From positions 48,413-68,412 of the forward strand of contig JBNGIO010006231.1 of the NCBI GenBank assembly GCA_049999805.1: DNA of 20,000 nucleotides, written 5' to 3'. The translations under genes were made by a program, and so were the position numbers. Position 1 is the first letter of the stretch. Each line of letters opens with the position of its first letter. The notes beneath the pieces were generated by a model. It was not told the origin of the DNA, did no database searches, and was given only the letters and a program-made list of their open reading frames with translations. Of the stretch, positions 16,271-20,000 are shown piece by piece. The stretch comes from Folioceros fuciformis (lineage: Eukaryota).

Positions 16271-16446
16271 TTCGAATAGAGTATATTACAACCACATTAA
16301 CTATAGACACCAAGCCACCTAGAGAAACCTTGTAGAGCCAAGTGTCTTGCACCCTTTTGAATAGAGCAAGTTACAACCACATTAACAATAGACACCAAGC
16401 CACCTAGAGAAACCTTGTAGAGCCAAGTGTCTTGCACCCTTTTGAA
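16271..16446. repeat. Tandem duplication, 85-bp unit x2
   Basis: ttacaaccacattaac.atagacaccaagccacctagagaaaccttgtagagccaagtgtcttgcacccttttgaa starts at 16286 and again at 16371. Confidence 0.9.
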
Positions 16447-16710
16447 GGAAAGATCCCACTTGATACGTCTAACCCCACCTAATGTTGATAGCAAACCCTT
16501 GCCCTTTCCTCGGCTAGTATACACTAGTTGCATGTTTGTGAACTTAAGTACAGTAATAAAAGGAGCGTTCACCTCACAATACTCTTATTATGATCCCTTT
16601 TTGTTGATGAAAACTTAAGAACTAGTTAAGGTTCAGCATAGCTAGCTCCTATTGTGGATTGGTGGTGGCTTGCCAACAACTTCATTCCCATTATCTTTCC
16701 TACATGTTTA

Positions 16711-16848
16711 ATGCGTACCTCAACTACTTGCCTTATCTAGTGCGGCTTCCGCTTATTTGAGTGGTTCATGCGTACCTCAACTACTTGGCCTATTTGAGTG
16801 TGGCTTCATTCTCCTACGTTATGCACATCTCAACTACTTGGCTTATTT
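16711..16848. repeat. Degenerate tandem repeat, about 53-57 bp x3
   Basis: Variants of atgcgtacctcaactacttg(g)c(c/t)tat start at 16711, 16768 and 16821. Confidence 0.8.
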
Positions 16849-17093
16849 TTTAGGGCAACTTCGTTCTAACTTGGGAAAGGATGTAGGTTCTTAGTTCTTG
16901 GTTCAACCTAGCATCCTAGCTTTTCAAATCCAGAAGCCACATTCTCTTACATGATGAGGTTTTTGTCTTGGGTTGGTTCAATCTTTGGCTTTGAGCTCTC
17001 CTCTTGCAACTATGGGGCCATTCAATTACGAGTGCAACAAATCTCCTATTCATCTTGCCCATTGCTTTGCTTGGTATAACATATCACCTTAAA

Positions 17094-17454
17094 ATGATGT
17101 CATGTTTTTGCTGGCCAAAAAGGTCACACTCTAAATGTTGTATGTTGTTGACAGCCAAGAAGGCCACACTCTAAATGATGCACACTCTAAATGATGTCAC
17201 GTTTTTGCCGGCCAAGAAGGCCACACTTTGAATGTTGTATGTTTTTTATGGCTAAGAGGGCCACACTTTGAATGATGTCATGGTTTTGCTGGCCAAGAAG
17301 ACCAAACTTTGAATGTTCTATGTTTTTTATGGCCTTCTTGTGACGCTATGTTTTCCACACTCTTAATGACGCTATGTTTTCTATGGCCAAGAAGGCCATA
17401 CTCTGAATGATGCACGCTCTGATTGACGTTATGTTTTCGCTCGCCAAGAAGGCC
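17094..17454. repeat. Minisatellite of alternating 41/40-bp units with a ggccaagaaggcc core
   Basis: Units start at 17094, 17135, 17191, 17232, 17272 and 17313, then decay. Consensus atg(a/t)tgt(c)atgttttt..(t)ggccaagaaggccacact(c/t)t(a/g)a. Confidence 0.88.
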
Positions 17455-17566
17455 CATTTTCTATCGTTCACAGAGTGCCCACATATTCTGCTTGACAAAG
17501 TTTCTTTCTGGGCTGGCCTTTTCGTCAACATGAGAGAGAATAGTTTTCCATCACTAACGCAGTCGT

Positions 17567-18102
17567 TATAGATTGATCCATAAGGATATAGATTGATCCA
17601 TAAGGATGTTGTGTTCAACTCCCCGGGTCGAGCATGGGCTAAGATTCACAAGTACACCCCTCTACATGTCAGACACATCTTTATCCCCCTAACTTATGGT
17701 AGTGTTAATTCAACAAAGGGTTTCCATTGCACTATGTTAGGCCTTGGCTCATGCCATATTCGTTCAGAGGATTACTATAGTGTAGTGGACCTTAGTGTAG
17801 TGGACCTTGGTTGATGTCATATTCGTTCTTTCAACAAAAGGTTTCTAGGTCTTCGTTTTTTTAGGTTTCACCCCTTAAGGACTAGTTGGTACAAGTTTCT
17901 AGGCTTGACCCTTAAGGGCTAGCTCTCGTGGCCTTGTCTCTAATAGTGGCTTGTCTCACCTATGTGTGTCAAGGTAGATGGTTTCCCATCTTGTTTTTCT
18001 CAAGTAATTACTAAGTCCTCAACTACATACTTATGGGATGTGGGCTGAGGTAGTAGGAGGGTTTCCCACTTGTTTTTCTCAAGTAGTTGCGAAGTCCTCA
18101 AC
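17567..18102. repeat. Cluster of short direct duplications in AT-rich, probably transposon-derived DNA
   Basis: tatagattgatccataagga x2 (17567-17606), tagtgtagtggacct x2 (about 17778-17807), and ggtttccca(t)cttgtttttctcaagta..aagtcctcaac x2 (about 17980 and 18060). Confidence 0.7.
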
Positions 18103-18818
18103 GTACTTGAGCTGACTTAGGCACGCTGATGACTAATTGTTTGTTCCAACAAATAAAATCAAAGATACCCATGTTACATGCGTCTTGGAAAGAGATGAAA
18201 CGTATCTCTCATCGTAGCAATATAATAATATAAAAAAGCTTTGGCTCAAGCACCTTCACCACGAGGCGTTAATGTGTTGAGGATACCACGTATTGTGATG
18301 GTGTTCGCTGATATAATATCGGAGTGGAGAGAAGGTCCCGTGGTCCTGGGGTGTATGCGTGGGGTTCCCTGCTTTTTGTCAGCTGGTTTGAATCCCATCG
18401 ATGCGTCTCTCTTTATTGGTGAAAGGCATCTGGTTGTGTACGACCGAGGTCAAGAGAAGGCTAAAGTGGTCGCCAACATCTATTGCCTTGTGTCCACCCC
18501 GGTTCCTACATGCATGAAGGAAGGACAAGGCTTTTATGATCTGACGAAAAGCCCGTGCGGTGGGCCAAGCAACTCTACAGTAAGTATGTATGTATGTTGC
18601 TGTACCATGTACAGTACATATACACTAGCAATACAGCACTAGGCCTACGGAGAAAGGATCTTCCCCGCACGCTCTCGGGGTCAGGTCATAGAATGCGTGT
18701 GGGTAGGTTTAGGAGCGGGCTTTGCCCACGAGTGGCCGGCCGTAGGGCAAAGCGTCCCGTTCGTAAGCCACATAAATGTGACATCGAGGAGGCACGAAGC
18801 GCTCCAGAATGGAGAGGT

Positions 18819-18848
18819 TCGCGAGTCGCGAGTCGCGAGTCGCGAATC
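18819..18848. repeat. 7-bp tandem repeat (tcgcgag) about x4
   Basis: tcgcgag tcgcgag tcgcgag tcgcgaatc. Confidence 0.75.
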
Positions 18849-20000
18849 GTGCCGTGTTGTGGGAGCGGCGAAGGGGCGAAGGATACGTAGTGCCTAGAAG
18901 GTAAGAAAGCCCGAACCCCGCTCACACCGCGGGGAAAGGAGTGGAGGGACGAACGGGGCCCGGCGTAGCAGCGGAGCTGGATGTGTCTCGGGACTGGAGG
19001 TGGGAGTTGCGTGGAAGGAAGTGATAGCCAGCATTGAATGGACTGGGTCATCGTGCGCAATTGTCGATACGGTTCTACACGGACATTGAATGCTCCTCCG
19101 TGCATCGCTTTTGCCCCCGTTCTTGCCTCGCGTCCAGGCAGATTCGTGAGAATTTGTGCCCGGTGCTAATTTTCACCGCGACACGCTTCCAGGATGTTGG
19201 CATCGTCTGCTGCTGTGATTATGAATTTTGCATGTTACAGTCGTGGAATGCCCACGTAATGAGGAGAGGAGCCTGTGGAGTCAAGGGGTGTGCTTCATGT
19301 GCCGGGGACAGAGTGGCCAAGCCTCGGGCGGCTCATTAGGAAGCAAGCAAGTCAGTCCCTCTCCGTCTGCGCTGGCACGACTTGCCTTGACTCTTGCCCT
19401 TTCCCTTTCCCTTGCTCGTTCGCATCGGCTTTGCCTCAGTCTTTCCCCGTCTTGTCCGTTGAAGTTACGTGGGCTGAGTCGAAGGCTCGTGTTGCCTGAC
19501 CCCGGAATCGTGTACTTGTGCCCCGTCAGCTCCGCACGAACAGTGCTGGGTCCAGAACGCCAGACTGCTGGCTGGCTGGCTGGCCACCATCTCGCTGCTA
19601 GCTTGGGTAAGCTGTCGGCCTCGCCTGCACTGTTGCTTTACCGAGGTTATGCGTCAGAGGTTTATCCGGAGGCCGGTCAAGGGGTGGGTTGGATGGCGGA
19701 AGCCGGAAGCCGGAAGCCTGAGATTACTGCTTGCTACCGTAGCTGCTCTGGTCATATATAGCCTGGTTGGCGCAGTTCTGGCGAGTGGGGGAAGCCGAGG
19801 CAGAGGCGAGTCAAAGTGGCTGGCGGGAATTGGAGTGTGTGAGTGAGGCTGGTGGGTGGGTACGTCAGCGGCGACGACACTGCTGCTGGGATTTCTGGGT
19901 TCGGGGGAACCGGCTTGTTCCAGCTTTGCTAAAGCATGCGTCACGTCTGAGAGAAGGAGGGCTTCCATTTTCCGCCAGCCTTCGCTCGCCTCGTGGCCGG

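Noticed and set aside
17094-17454. CRISPR-like array
   Set aside because: Whole units are repeated with no unique spacers, there are no cas genes, and the context is eukaryotic.
18121-18218. Hammerhead-ribozyme-like core (CTGATGA at 18126, GAAA at 18188, GAGAT/ATCTC stem followed by TC)
   Set aside because: Stem II does not close properly and stem I is out of register by two bases; likely chance or fully decayed.
18241-18642. 133-aa plus-strand ORF
   Set aside because: Non-ATG start, no recognisable motif, and no supportable exon chain.
19654-19968. 104-aa minus-strand ORF with good start context
   Set aside because: Low-complexity Pro/Ser product running through simple repeats; no family or downstream exons could be supported.

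Overview
Gene-dense, intron-containing nuclear DNA from a land plant, most likely a hornwort. This is inferred from the mostly 55-300 nt introns, the very short intergenic gaps and a DRH-ending DYW:KP PPR gene. Six spliced genes can be reconstructed: XRI1-like (-), CCR4-NOT subunit 11 (-), plastid 3-isopropylmalate dehydrogenase (+), GINS subunit SLD5 (-), a PLS-class PPR protein with a variant DYW domain (+) and an organellar uL18-like protein (+). The standout is the PPR. Its deaminase-like domain has HAE instead of HSE, a K-x-PAKAWIEV box instead of the PG box, and ends in DRH. These are signatures of the DYW:KP class linked to reverse (U-to-C) organellar RNA editing, and its PPR code gives a testable target motif. 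It ends only 87 bp before the uL18-like start codon. Other candidates are a U12-like intron in SLD5, a spliced uORF upstream of XRI1-like, and two long rod-like RNA foldbacks (about 15480-15716 and 18791-19161). An AT-rich block of decayed tandem repeats lies at about 16000-18250.
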